Source: Octopus vulgaris (Eukaryota). From it: a stretch of 64,000 bases of DNA. Location of the stretch: NCBI GenBank assembly GCA_951406725.2, contig OX597815.1, positions 77,748,001 through 77,812,000 on the forward strand, read 5' to 3'. The position numbers were made by a program, and so were the translations under genes. Shown one piece after another: positions 1-13,670 of this stretch. Under the pieces are notes generated by a model. The model ran no database searches. It was given only the letters and a program-made list of their open reading frames with translations, and was not told where the DNA came from. Position 1 is the first letter of the stretch, and each line of letters begins with the position of its first letter.

Positions 1-277
1 TGAACAAGGTCACTTGATTGGTATTGTTGGGTGTGGTCAGTATGTTGGTGAAAAGCATAATTCAGTGGTAAAGTGGCTTTAATAATTCCTCGTTGGGAAG
101 TAGGAAAAATAATTAGGTGAGGATCTGAAGGAGAGGTAGAGGGGTTCAATTAAAGCAGTTTAATGAATTACATAAAGGAGAGATGTAGGATGCTGTAAAT
201 AAAAATTAAATGAAAATATACTAAGTAAATATATTTTTGAATTTATAAGTAAATAAATTATGTGTGTGTGTGTGTGT

Positions 278-493
278 ATTGTTTATTTGTATATTAAGGC
301 TACCAGTGGTTTCAAGTTAAGAAAGATATCTTAATATCGTAACGATTTTCCAAACTGATCACATGAAGGGATGGTGTTTGTCTCCATAGAGTACACCATC
401 CTTCCATGTGATTAGTTTGAAAAATTGTTAAGATATTTAGGTATTTTTCTTAATATGAAACCAATGGTAGCCTTAATACACAAATAAAGCAAT
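278..493. repeat. Imperfect palindrome/fold-back (~100-bp arms, short loop)
   Basis: attgtttatttgtatattaaggctacc...catgaagggatggtg (278-376) is the imperfect reverse complement of caccatccttccatgtg...ggtagccttaatacacaaataaagcaat (394-493). Confidence 0.85.
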
Positions 494-569
494 TTTATCC
501 ACTAATGCAATGTTGAGCACTCGTTCTCATTGTTCAGTACCTACACATATATGTATATATATATATATA

Positions 570-830
570 TCATCATCATTTAATGTCTGTTTTCCATACA
601 GCCATGGGTTGGATGGTTCAACTGGAGCTGGTATGACCAGGAGCTGCACCAGGTGCTGTTGACTGTTCTGACTTGGTTTCTACGGCTGGATACCCTTTCT
701 AACACCAACCACTCCACAGAATGTCCTGGCTGCTTCTTATGTGGCACCAGCACAGGTGCTTTTAATGTGCCATGAGCTTGAGTGCTTTTTATCTGACACC
801 GTCTTCGATATCAATTCTGACGGGTCTTCA
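570..830 (-). mobile_element. SINE/LINE-tail interspersed repeat ending in (GAT)n
   Basis: catcatcatttaatgtctgttttccatacagccatgggttggatggtt motif; related copies near 21600, 24992, 44800-44900, 45650, 57620, 62600. Confidence 0.7.
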
Positions 831-965
831 CATATTGAGGGACTGTTACAGATTTGTTGATGTTATTTTTGTTGGCCAGTCCAAGATTAGTCTCAGATAT
901 GTGATATAAGACCTTCCAGTCATGGCAATCCAACCTTTCTTCTTTTGACGATATTGTGTCTAGAA

Positions 966-2562
966 CAGTGGTTCTCAGCCTTTTTCAAAATTTTTGCTTC
1001 ACAGTCCCCTGGCTATTTTTTGGAGGCCTCGCAGTCCCCAGCCTATTTTGGCAGGAATAAGATTAATCAAATGCAAAATTTTCACGATTATATTACTATT
1101 AGCTTTGAGTAGTTGAATGCACAAAATGCCATTAAATATAAATGTTAGATGTAAGCATAAAATAACAATAATGACACCAGATGTTGGCAAAATGATATGA
1201 AGAAATTTACATTTTGTTTCTTTTTAGGCTATGAAGTAGGGCAACAGTTAACTATACCAAGCTTTAATTATTCATTAGTAATTTATGCTTTCAAACCCAT
1301 TTTTACAAATACTATGTGTGGTGGCAAGTAAGGTCGGCATTGATGTAGCATTTAATTCTTTGTTTATTTTCTCCAATTCTTTCCTTGATTTGCATATATA
1401 CTTGCCGAAAACCAATAGAAGACAGGATATTTTTTGATAGATGTATTAAAGAAAAATCATTAAACCTGTTCAAAAGAAGGATTAATGTAACTGCTGTATT
1501 TGATTTAGCTTTACCAACTCGTCTATATTTGGCTGGGTTCTGGATGAAGCAACCCTCATATCGTGTGTAACATCCAGTCTGTTTTGTTGTTTGCTTTTTA
1601 TCAATTGAATAACCGAAAACGCCAACTCGCACTCATAGGTGGTTGTGAAGGGAACCAGATATTTCAGTGCCACCTCTGAAATATCAGGATAGAGCATATC
1701 AGAGAATCAGCTTTTGTCTGGAAAAAATCCTCCTTTTTGTCAACAAAGCCAGGGTGTTTTCTTTCCAAGTGTCACTTTAACTTGCTAGGTTTGAGAGAAG
1801 ATGCCAAAAAACACATAACATCTCTCCTCTCCATTTGAAATTATAACAGTAAAGCCAAATTTCAAAAAGGATATGCTGTATTTCATTTTCTTTCTTGGAT
1901 TCATTCTAAAAAACAGAAATTTACATAGTATCAACTGTGCAAGTAATGGTAATTGATAAATTACATCTTCACATTTGATTTGGTAAAATTATTCAACTTG
2001 ATAGCTTTGTTTGGCTTTGAAAATGAATCATGACCGAGTAATCATAACCCTAATGCTTGATAACGTAAAGCAGTGTATGTAAACTTACATTAGATTACAA
2101 AGATGATGAATTTCTCTGTAATGGTAAATCGTCTGAGACCAATTGAAGTTGATGAAATCACATGTGCTTACAAGACCATTTGCAAAAAGGAAAGTCTGAT
2201 TAATCATGTTGCACTGTGAATAGTGTTTTAAAGCTGCATCCATAATCACAGACCACTCACTTGAGACCAAAATTGCCAACATAATGGCTGATACAGTGTG
2301 CTGTATACGCATGTGAGAACCTGTGAGTGTGACCTTACCATGCATGTCTAGACAGGTATTGCCAAGCTACCAGCATACCAAATTCTACAGCAATGCATGT
2401 GAGAATTGCATATGCATACAAATACTCACTATGAACATACGATTATTTTTTGGTGTAATAAAATTTCTAAAATTGTTGGTATTTGCCACTCAATTGCAGA
2501 AAAAATTTCTGATGCCTTCGCAGTCCCTTTGGAGACTGCAGACCTCAGGTTGCGAACCACTG
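966..2562 (-). mobile_element. hAT (Charlie/Buster-type) DNA transposon, internally deleted, non-autonomous
   Basis: TIRs cagtggttctcagcct / aggttgcgaaccactg; perfect 8-bp TSD gtctagaa (958-965, 2563-2570) matching NTCTAGAN; transposase remnants inside. Confidence 0.92.
1482..1900 (-). pseudogene. hAT transposase remnant: BED-finger-region fragment next to the C-terminal dimerisation domain
   Basis: YPDISEVALKYLVPFTTTYECELAFS...NRLDVTHDMRVA (hATC-like, 1482-1697); upstream FLKFGFT...LKPSKLK*HL resembles Buster/ZBED N-terminus. Confidence 0.8.
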
Positions 2563-4016
2563 GTCTAGAACTACAATTTTCAAATAATCTTTCTTTTATG
2601 ATAAGACTATATATATATATAGTATCATTTAAAGAAATTTGACTCTTATTTCTAGCAGTTGAACTGCTGTGTAGAAGCTACTGTGTTTGCTACTTCTGAG
2701 TGTGTGTATATGTGTGTGAATGTTGAATTTTTTTTTTATATATATATTCAATTGAAACCAAAGTAAGTTTCAGCAGATTTTTTAATTTTAGTTCACAGGA
2801 AATATCAGAGAGAAGACATTGCAACAAACTGTTGCCGTTAAGCGAAAATTATTAGAGACAGTATCATTTGCATAACTCTATATTTTATGTCAACAAACGT
2901 ATGATGGCTAAAACATAACTAAACAACATAAACTAAGAAGAATGACACAGACACACATCTGTAAAACATGAATGTGATCATGTATTACATGGTGTTAAAA
3001 TGGTTTGTATCAAAGACATCTGGAAGAAGAAGAAAATTAAGTCTTCATAATAATTTCTGTTAGACTTTACAAGAAATCAGACAGTGTGTTGAGGAAATTT
3101 AGGTTAGAATAATTGATGCAGCTTAGAAATTTGATAGGTGACTATGTAAGTTTATTAACAAAGTGGACTGATTGTTGTGTTTACTTCATTCTTAAAGATG
3201 AAAGGACACAGCAGACTTTCTTTTATATTTTAAGTTAGATGCATTCGGTATAGGTGGTGTTCATAATCTCTGAAGATCTTTCAAGATCGAGGAGGTTTAA
3301 TGCAGATGATACCCAACCTGAACTTCTTCAAACTATTGTCTTCAGGAAAAAACGTGAGTGGAGAACTAGTGGACTGGTCTGAGTGCTTGCAACATGGTGA
3401 ATTTAACTAAAGGTGTTCAAATACCAGTTGATGGTGTTTAACTAGTCAGCATCTTAGGCTTACCACACACACACACACACACCAAAGAAAAGTAAAAGAA
3501 AAACGCATAGTCTGTTATTCTGATTTATGTTCTTGTTACCAACTTTTACTTATTTCCAATCAAGGTAATATTTCCCCAAGGTCTAACATATTTTCGTGGA
3601 AGATTGGAAACAAATGACACACTACCTATGTAATGGTGATACTTATTTACTGTATCAAATCAAAGAGATATAACCCTCCTCAAATGCATTTATATATATG
3701 CATATATGTAAATGTGTGTGTATATATCACACACACACATGTATATGTGTATATATAGTAATATGTAAAGATAAGATCCAAGGATCAAGGTATAGGAAGT
3801 TACTAAGCTTTGAACAGTCTATAAAAAGTATAAAAAACAACTTCTAGGAACAATAATGGTTTATTCACGTAGCAGGATGTAAAAGTTTTCCCCTATCGAA
3901 ATCGATAAGCTGAAAAGAATTAAATTATATGGCTCTCCCCAGACACAACTGAAAGAAGTTATTTTTATGGTTTATGATTAGCAGCTGGAGCTGTTATGTA
4001 TGCAAATAAAAATCCA

Positions 4017-4217
4017 AATTTAAGGAATGGCATTGACAAAATCCAGGTTACATATGTTTTATAGCTAGCAGAACCTCAGAAGTAGCAATTACCCAAATAA
4101 GGGGTAATCCACTAGCTACTTGTCAAGACAAAGACACCTTGTTGTCAAAGGATTCCATGTTCTGCCAGCTATGAAACATATGTAGCCTGGATTTTATCCA
4201 CTCCATTCTCTAAATTT
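4017..4217. repeat. Inverted repeat (~58-bp arms, ~85-bp spacer)
   Basis: aaaatccaggttacatatgttttatagctagcagaac (4038-4074) vs gttctgccagctatgaaacatatgtagcctggatttt (4159-4195), extending imperfectly outward. Confidence 0.8.
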
Positions 4218-4226
4218 AGATATGTG

Positions 4227-4270
<44 letters not shown>

Positions 4271-4664
4271 CACATACATATACACACATATGCTTAATAC
4301 ATGTTGTAGATGTTTTTTATTTTTCAAACTGAAATTAAGAGTTTGCCTTATTACACCAGTTTCAGTTTCAATTCAGGATGTTCTTGAAGCCAAGAATTTG
4401 AACATATGGAGACAATATTTACATATCACCTGAGGAAACACAACTAGATCTCATAATGCAGGGAAACGGTTGCAAATCAAGTACCTGCACACCTGGTGAA
4501 CTACATTGCATAGAAACAATTGTAGTGATTGAAAATAAAGGCCCAACTGTACTCCTTTTTGTTGACTCCAAATTGTTTCAGTTATCTATTCACACTTGAC
4601 AGATGCCCAAATGCAAACCTGCAGGTACCTATAATACTACTATTGGATAGCAAAGGGTGAACGG

Positions 4665-4775
4665 CATGAGGCTATAGTCGAAGACACTTGCCTAAGGTAC
4701 CATCAGTAGGACTGAACTTGGAATCATGTGATTGGGAAGCAAGCTTCTTACCACACAGCCACTGCTGTGCCTGTG
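4665..4775 (-). mobile_element. tRNA-derived SINE fragment (family with gaagacacttgcccaaggtgcc core)
   Basis: gaggctatagtcgaagacacttgcctaaggtacc...ggactgaac...aagcttcttaccacacagccac; related copies at ~9270-9420, 20860-21010, 41780-41940, 43005-43150. Confidence 0.7.
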
Positions 4776-5559
4776 TAGTTAAATTATTTTTTCATCTACC
4801 AAATTTATTTACTAGGCATTGATGAGCCTGTGGCTATAGCAGGTGCCACACAGTGGGACTGAACCCAAAACCATATGGTTGCAAAGTGGAGAGTGTTTCC
4901 TTGATATTTCTCATGAGTGTTTTTGTGCTGTTGATACATGCTTATTATGTGCCACCATTACAGGATATTATGAAGGTCCCTGTTGTTCATGGAAACAGTT
5001 TATGTTTGATGAAATGTTGTGGTGGCACATGGATGATGCATGAATGGGAAATGTTAAGGAGGAATGAGAAAATGTTATCTGCTTAAAACAGAACAAGGCT
5101 AGGAGTGACAACAAATTAGCTGTCATTACTATACAGAAGAAAGATGTGTGGGAAATATAACCAGATATGTGTAGATCAGACACAGCAGTGCAAGAAATTG
5201 CTGATCTAAGAAATGAAAGACTGATGAAACTAAGAGAATGGTGATGGTGAGGTAACTTAGCTAGGATGTACTCTCATACCAGACACAGTCGAAGCTTTTG
5301 TTTTTTGTCAAGCAGAACAACATTGTTTTCACAGAGGATCTTATTTCTCCTTTTAGTGTGATATTTCCTAAATAAATACATAGAAAGTGAGAAACTCATA
5401 GCAGAAACAAAAATAAATCATTGGCTCTGAATTATGACATGAAATTTAACTACTAGTACATCCACTGAATACTTTTGTTTTTGCTTATCTATTCAAGTGC
5501 ATAAAAATTTACATATGATAATAATGATGCTGGTGATGATGATGATGATGGTGGTGGTG

Positions 5560-5770
5560 GTCCTTTCTACTATAAGCACAAGGCCTGAAATTTGGGGTAA
5601 AGGGGCTTAGTTGATTACGTCAACCCCAGTGTTTGAGCGGTACTTTTTTCATCGACCCTGAAAGAATAAAAGGCAAAGTCAACAGAATTTGAGCTCAGAA
5701 CATAAAAAACATATGAAATGCTGCTTAACATTTTGTCTAGCATGCTAATGATTCTGCCAGCTCACTACCT
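5560..5770 (-). mobile_element. tRNA-derived SINE (family with atcgaccccgaaaggatgaaaggcaaagtc-like core)
   Basis: Related copies at 13455-13670 and (opposite strand) 55150-55310; B-box-like gagttcaaattc on the minus strand of the 13455 copy. Confidence 0.7.
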
Positions 5771-6147
5771 TCATGATGATGATGATGATGATGAATAATA
5801 ATAATAAACAGCCCACATCCTGCACAAGACACTATCAATTCAATAATACAACCACAAACATAAAGACACACTCTATAAAGCAAATATCCAATAAAATAAA
5901 CAGCCACCAGCAATTCTAGTACCCAACGCATTACACGCACAACGCATAATACCAACACTGTGCAACAAAAGATTGCATCAGACCCCATAGCAAAAGAAAC
6001 TGATGCAAAGCAATATCAGGAAGAGTTTGCAGTCCCCCCACCCCACCCAACAACAACAAAATAAGAACTCACAATGCTGCACACACCCCAACAACACAGA
6101 GGTGTAGCATGTGATGTAGTACAAATTTTATTGAAACTACCAAATGT

Positions 6148-6186
<39 letters not shown>

Positions 6187-6700
6187 TAAATGTCCTGATG
6201 CAGTACCAGTTAGTGGCTCTTGTGGCTTTTTATCTTAACTCATGGGAAGTGTTATGTACATTGTTTTGTCTTGATATAAAAGATGGGTTACAGCAAATAT
6301 TCTGCTCAATACCATAGATTTGCTTGTCAGTTGCTTGACATTAACCAGTTGAGCATGTCCCTTAGTGGCTCATGATATGTGCATTTCTGATTATGAACAG
6401 AAGTCGTGGTGGGGAGCATCATAGGAATTCTTTGGGGTTTGAATAACTCGCCTCTGGAAACTTGGGTGTTTTGTTCAAAATCCTTAAACAAACTTATTCA
6501 GGGACTTTTTGGGTGGGATGTGCTCCTCAACTTGAAGAAAATTTTACCTGGGGCCCCACCTGCAAGGTTATGCACTTTTTATCCTGATATAAGATTGCCA
6601 TGTTGCGCTCATATGGCTGTGATGAATGTGACGGGTATACCGGGCTTTTGTATATTTGTACCCCAGTGTCACTTTGATGGGATGCACTGCTCTTTCACTC
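6187..6700. mobile_element. ~510-bp interspersed repeat embedded in a (TAA)n microsatellite
   Basis: Higher-GC block flanked by (aat)n at 6150-6186 and 6701-6712; no credible ORF. Confidence 0.5.
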
Positions 6701-7249
6701 AATAATAATAATATGAATAATAAATGAGAACATCACCGTACTATAGGATATACATATTCATACAGATTGGGAAATGGTAGAAAACTGTCTTGACATTATT
6801 ATCAAAGACAAAAAGGAAGAGAAATTCCCAAGAACAAAGTTCTGTGAAATGGAAGTTTTTAAAAATTGTTTTGATAATTGTATGCCACTTTATATATTTT
6901 TCGGCTGCTAATTCATAATATTAAAAAAGCTCTTTCCCATTATCTAAGGGTTTCTCTCAATTAATCATAAAATATACCATAATTTGTTGGTAAATCCACA
7001 TATTGTAGGACAAAATGGAACTAATAAAAATAAATTTTGTACTTTATTTAACAAAATAAAATGGCACAAATGCAATTGAAAGGTGAAAAAATTGACTTTT
7101 ACAAGGGTTTCATTCATTTTTTGGTTCAACACCTCAAAATATCTTCTTTTTCACTTGGACTCTATTACTGGAACACTCTTGCTTGTGGGCATTTGATGCA
7201 CATTCACAATGCAACATCCATTAGTAGTCAGCCATTTTATTTTTAGACC

Positions 7250-8220
7250 AGTAGTGGTATCTTGGCTTTGCTGTCCCATTCATACAGGAAAGAAGAAAAT
7301 TTTGTGTCACCTGACTGTTGTCCAAACTACATGCAAATTATTTTAAAGTCACCATAAATCACCCAGTTGTAGTCTTTGAAATTAATCTTGTGTAAGAGTG
7401 ATACTAAATTTTCATGTTTCTTTCATGATCACCAAGTTTCCAACAGGGATGAAGCATACTTAACATTATACAGTAGAACAGCTTTAAGACTCTTAGAAAA
7501 GTCATTAAAGAGTCTCTCTTCATCAGTGCTGTAACATACACCAAACTTTCCTATTAGTCCTGATGGGTCAATACACCAAATCATTTTCTTTAGCAAAATA
7601 GGAAAAAATTCTTTTTTGCAGTTACAATACCAATAGAATGATGCACAAGGAGCTAAAAGATTCTTGAATTTAAGTCTGGAACCTAATCTCACTAGATCAT
7701 TTTATTCACACTGGTTGAATAGTTGAGGCTCTTCATCTTCACTGCTATTGAAGTGTTCATCACCATTGCTATTTTCGCTTTCTGATTCAGAACTCAAGTA
7801 TATGTCTTCAAGGTCTCCTCATGGTAATGGGACTGTAATGTCTGGTCTATAAGCATCGGATTGCATTACAGATGGGAGATTTGGATAAACGAGGTTTTTC
7901 TCACTCGTTGAATTGTGTCACTGCAAATTACAATAAGTAAAAGTAGCAGTCATCACTATGACTTTTAGGCTCTCTCCATATCATTGGCATCCCAAAATGA
8001 AAATATTTCTTTGCACATTTTGTCCATTGTCTTAGTTCTTCAACATAAATTGAGCAGGCCTTGTGAGGTGCCCACTTCTTATCTTGGTCTCCTAATTTCA
8101 CACCAAAGTAGGCATAGTAATATTCTTTCGACAAATTCAGTAATGTTTCTTTGACATTTCTTAGTTATAAACTTAACACAAATTTAACAAAAGTTATCCA
8201 GGCTTGCTGCACATCTAGAT
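7250..8220 (-). pseudogene. Decayed DNA-transposon transposase, Chapaev3 (CMC)-like
   Basis: DNFC*IC...YAYFGVKLGDQDKKWAPHKAC...GMPMIWREPKSHSDDCYF; LGSRLKFKNLL; RLFNDFSKSLKAVLLYN; WVIYGDFK...GQQSG; several stops and frameshifts; family assignment from memory. Confidence 0.75.
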
Positions 8221-9842
8221 GTGCAGCAAATGATGTGGAGGGCTGTATGGAAAGGGGAAGGGGACATTTTTTAACAGCATATATTTTGTTTACCATTGAA
8301 ATGTATACATGATATCATTAAAGAAACATTGAAATGTAACATATGATACAATAAAACAATCTATGTAGCATATATACTTTGAAAAAAGGTTGTGAGAAAA
8401 TAACTAAAGTAAAAAAATAGGTTTTAACTTAAGCAACGTGACCTTGTAAAGTGCGTCTTTCTCTCCTCACTGTTTGGTGGGTGACTGAAGCTACAGTAAT
8501 GCAGGCACCTCTCTGTGTAGCTGAAATGGTCTAAATGTGGCTAGATGCATATTTTTCAAAATTATGCTTATCAGTTATACTGTTATATCTATTTACATAT
8601 TGTGATTAATACATACATACAGACATAAAAACAAGAACTGTAAATGCAAAGATATGCAAAAACGTTACACATGTATGTTATGCTGAATGTGTAATGTGAA
8701 TGTATATGAACAATAAAGCACAACTGAGCTGAGATAAAACCTGAATGTAAGAAATTTAGAGTGTGCAAGGGAGAATAGTATATTGGCAGTAACATGGAAT
8801 GTGCACGAAGACTGACTTTTGAGTAAAAATAAAGTGCCACGAGATATAAGTGGCAGGAACACATTGAAAAGGATGATTAAAGACAGAGGAAGATGCAGTG
8901 GGAGCTGAACCTCTGGAAGATGACAAAGTGTCATAGTAAGTGGTACAATGCTGTGATGGAGAAGATTTGCCCAACACACGCAGACTTAGAAAACTAGACA
9001 CATTATATTCACTTTTCCATGCTTGCAAGGGCTTGGACAAAATTTGTTGAGGCAGGTTTTCTATGGGTGGATATTCTTCCTATTTCCAACCCCCACCTAT
9101 TTGCATGCCAGGTAATATTTCTCCTATAGCTAGACAGATTTTTCATGAATGAAAGACTGGGTAGTATGACATTGATAGTCATTTATAATCATCACATGGC
9201 ATCTAGGCAATGGTTTACACACATGCTCACATGTGTGTGTTCGTGTGTGCGCACACACACACACACACTTCTTTCAGTTTCTGTCTACCAAATCCATTCC
9301 TAGGACTTTGGTCGACCCAGGGTTATAGTAGAAGACATTTGCCTAAGGTGCCATGCAGTGGGACTGAAACCAAGACCATATGGTTACAAAACAAGCTTCT
9401 TAACCAAGCAACCTCACTTGCACTTAATAATGGAAGTAATAAAAAAAAAAAAGCAAAAGACTGAGTGAGAAAAAGTTATTCCATAGAAACTAAGAGAATT
9501 TCTTGGCTGACTGGAAATGTTAATAAACTATTGATTATACCTCGTAGTATTAGAAGATATTCATTTCCATATGTGATATGGGATATTGAAAGTCATCGAA
9601 GGATACCTATTATTGGATAACGAAATATTATAGCTCATGGCAGTTTTTGAATTAATACTTGTATGTATGTGCAGAATAATGGGTGTGTTGGTAGAATTAT
9701 AGGTTTTGGACCATGTTATTCTGGTGTCTTTTTCAGCAATTTTGATCGTTTGGCCTTCTAGAACTGACAATTCAGTTAGAATCAAAACTAAAGTTTTGAC
9801 CATCATGCGATATATGTATATTGATTTTCCTTTAAGAACTTT

Positions 9843-9862
9843 GTGTGTTTTATGTTTATGTA

Positions 9863-9898
<36 letters not shown>

Positions 9899-9927
9899 CA
9901 ATATATATATATGTATGTATGTATATG

Positions 9928-9959
<32 letters not shown>

Positions 9960-10326
9960 TATATATATGTATGTATATATATATATGTATATATAAATAT
10001 GTATGTATGTATATATATATATCATCATCATCATCATCATCGTCGTTTAATGATGATGATGATGATGATATATATATATATATACATACATACATATTTA
10101 TATATATATAAATATGTATGTATATATAAATATGTATATATATATGTATGCATATATATATATATATATGTGTGTATATATGTATGTGTGTATATATATA
10201 TATATGTATGTATATATATATGTATGTATATATATATGTATGTATATATATATGTATGTATGTGTATATATGTGTATGTATATATATATGTATGTGTATA
10301 TATGTATGTATATATATATATGTATG

Positions 10327-10358
<32 letters not shown>

Positions 10359-10360
10359 TG
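9843..10360. repeat. Compound (TA)n/(TATG)n/(CAT)n microsatellite
   Basis: Direct inspection; source of the many YIYI ORFs. Confidence 0.97.
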
Positions 10361-10639
10361 CATCTATTGTTATATGTGGGTGTGCATGCCAAAGTAGACT
10401 TTGGTGCATGACAGTTCTCCAACTTGTCAGACCCTGTCAAGCCAGCCAACTCATACCAGCTTAGAAGCCGGATGTTAACTGATGTTGATGATCATGATGA
10501 TTATATACATGGGTGTGTGTATCTGTGTCTGTGTATTTTACTTTGAGAAATATGATAGTACTCAGACAGTGTGTGTTAAGTCATTTCAGTCAAATTGCTG
10601 TATGTTTCAATTTTTTGATATTTGTCAAATGAATACTAG

Positions 10640-10955
10640 ATAACCAGGATTTCAGTTGATTCAATCAGTAGAACAGCCTCTTCATGAAATTAATGTACAA
10701 TTAGTGTACAAGTGGTTGAGCATTCTACAGACATACATATGCATACCTTTAACGTAGCTCTCAAGGAGATTCAGCATAGTACATGATGTGACAAGGATGA
10801 CCCTTTGAGTTTACCGGTACAACTCATTTTTGCCAGCTGAGTGGATTGAAGCAATGTGAAATAAAGTATCTTGCTCTAGGACACAGTGCACTGCCAGAAA
10901 TTGAACTCCCAACCTTATGATCATGAGCTGAATATCCTAACCATTAAGCCACACA
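10640..10955 (-). mobile_element. tRNA-derived SINE (second family)
   Basis: Clearly related to 63555-63875 and partly to 45190-45350; minus strand begins gtggcttaatggttagg...gggagttcaatt (A/B-box-like). Confidence 0.72.
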
Positions 10956-11779
10956 TGCATCTTTGCAAATGTTAAATATGACTATATTAAAGAATATATA
11001 GTTTAATCAATGGGAAATTGAGGTGGAATTTTCTTTTTAATGAATAATGGATTACTATATTACAAGTGAAAAGGAAAACAAATGTTAAAAATTTAAATTT
11101 ATAATTAAATTTTAGATTTAGAAAATGGGGTTACAGAAGAAAGGTAAAGGAGGAGAAGATGTAAGTTAGTGATGAAATTAAAGGGAAACAGAAAAGAAAT
11201 AAGCAAAAAGGAATGGAAGAATTACATTTTGCAATAAGTGGAGTAAAATGTTAAATCTATTAAGTAAGGTATTAAGCTTGCAATGTTAAAAAAAAAGAAT
11301 AAAAATTGGTACAAGTCATAAAATGATGCAAAGGAAAAAGTAAATTCTACTAAATTAAGGGTAAAAGTTATATCATTGTGCTATCAAATTAAATAATGGA
11401 ATGATTAAATTATTGGAAGGTTAAAATCTAATTGGATAAATTAGGCAGTAGAAGTATATTTTGGGGTCTAAGCGATGGCGAAGTGAATGGAGGAAGAAGA
11501 AGGATATAAAAATTAATGAGGTTAATGATGATGAAGAATGAAAATGATTATATTTGGTTGTTATAGAAATGTGAGGGTAGTGGACTTAGAACACATTTTA
11601 AAATAATATGCTAATTAGTATAATTAGTCTAATAGTCTCATAAAAATATCTTATTTAAGGATTATAGTATTAGTCTTTGATAGATGCTTGCAATGCAATA
11701 ATCAGTCTTATTTAATAAGAGTATGTGAACATAATATGATAATACATACATACTCATATATAAATTTGAAATCATTGAT

Positions 11780-12350
11780 GATTACAACACCTTCCCTTAG
11801 CAAAGAAGGAAGGCAGATCTTTCTCAGTTTAGTGGTTGTGGCTAAAGAGGCTGTGTGGTGGACCGGACCCATCTGAAAGGCTTGAAGGCAGGCACATTCT
11901 TATCTGGTCAAACCTTCATCAATATCATTTGAAGAGGAAGGGGAGGATAGAGAGAGATGTGCTGCCTTCTAGTGTGCTTATCAAAAGATAGTTGACAGTG
12001 GCAAGACTGCTGAGACTGAATAGATCTACTTTGAGTATGCTCTTCCAAGCGAGAGGAAAGAAACTGGAAGAGGACACTTTCCCATGGTTTAGAGATGGCA
12101 GAGTAATGTGGGATTTTTGTTTGAGGTTTACCCCAGATTACCTTAAGTGGGCTGCTCTGCTATTGGGCATTCTATTTATTTATTTATAATTTATTTCTCT
12201 ACTTTCTTATATATATCCTGTTATATTCTTTAATGTGATAGCATCTCTCCTTGATTGATGTTAACCACACGTTTTTGTAATTTTTTTTTGTGCTCTAACT
12301 CATCCTTCAATATTGTCCTCTATGTCTTGGGCCCTTGTGGCCAATAAAAG
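11780..12350 (+). mobile_element. 5'-truncated, decayed Tx1-clade LINE (ORF2 C-terminus plus 3' UTR)
   Basis: PSLSKEGRQIFLSLVVVAKEAVWWT..LKGLKAGTFLSG..HLKRK..TVARLLRL aligns to element A ORF2 end (NEGKFRFLVVVAIAKEVIWKTRMKG...HLKRK...DVARKLRV); ends tattgtcctctatgtcttgggcccttgtggccaataaaa like the A-D tail. Confidence 0.82.
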
Positions 12351-13454
12351 AAAAGAATATTATTTTTAATATTATTAATAATAATAATAAAACTAAAGTG
12401 AAGATCAAATAAATATTGCATGTGTTTATTTGCAAAAGATAACCATCCCCAAATATGACAATGTGTGTGTGTATATATATATATATATATACACATACAC
12501 ACACACATATAATTTACATGCATACACAGCACATACACTGCTACACTAAATTGCCATAATTCACACATCCATAACCACTTATTTTGATTTGTAAATTAGA
12601 TAATAATAAAAAATAAGACGGACCTTGTTTAAAGCTGGTGTCTTGTAAAATATATGTTTGTTGAGTTTAGTGGTGGTGGTGGTGGTGGTGTGTAGGAGGG
12701 TGTTGATTTGAGCAAAGGGATTTTGAACTGCACTCAGTCATTTGTTATTATGCACCAACATTACAGGCTTAAGGTCTCTTCAATTGTGCACAAACTTCAC
12801 CTCAGGTCTTTGCTGGAACTGCTTGACTGGAAAAAAGATCTGGAAGTGACACTATTTCTAATTTGAAGAGAATCATTGCTAGTTTGGAACTAAAACTCTG
12901 AGAAGAATTCCATCTTAAACTACAGAACTCATTGTTGTTATTGTTGCTGCTGTTGGTGTCTCTACTGAGGAAGATTATGGTGGTTGTTGGTGTAATGTTT
13001 AATAGTTGTGTTGGTGATTTTTTGACTGTGTTAACAATTGTTGTAATGACAGTGGTGTCAGGAATCATTGGGAATGGTGTGGATGATGCTGATGGTGAAA
13101 TCTTATAATTAATGATCATTTGATATTCCTGTGTGAGTGTTGTTTTCTCAAATGCCCATTATAATTGCATAACAACTTGATATAACATCACTGTTGCCAT
13201 ATATATCCATATATAGTGTACATTACCAAGGTCATCATGTTCTAGAAATTGGCCAGCTGAAGTAAGTTGTGTTGTTTAACCCTAGGTCAGCAATGATAGA
13301 GAAAATATAAATGCCTTCAAAAACCATTATAGTGTCTTCTGCAATAAAATACCACAAATAGCATCATTCAGTTCTTCTTTTTATAAAATGACACTTCTTC
13401 CTTTTATAAGGCTGTTTGGTTAAGAAGCTTGTTTTGCACATAGCCTAATTTGCT

Positions 13455-13670
13455 ATTGGTTTCAAATTTTGGCAGAAGGCTATCAATTTCAAGGGAGGGA
13501 TAAGTTGATTCCATTGGCCCAGGTGCCCAACTGGTACTTATTTTATTGACCCTGAAAAGATGAAAGGCATAGTTGACATTGACAGAATTTGAACTCAAAA
13601 CATAAAGATGGACAAAATACCGCCAAGCATTTTGTCTGGTGTACTAACAATTCTGCCAGCTCACTGCCTT
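13455..13670 (-). mobile_element. tRNA-derived SINE
   Basis: Similar to 5560-5770. Confidence 0.7.

Noticed and set aside
2790-3420. Possible decayed coding or transposon fragment
   Set aside because: Stops in the frames I tried and no motif I can name.
9561-10464. Cluster of 90-200 aa ORFs on both strands
   Set aside because: Translations of (TA)n/(TATG)n microsatellite.
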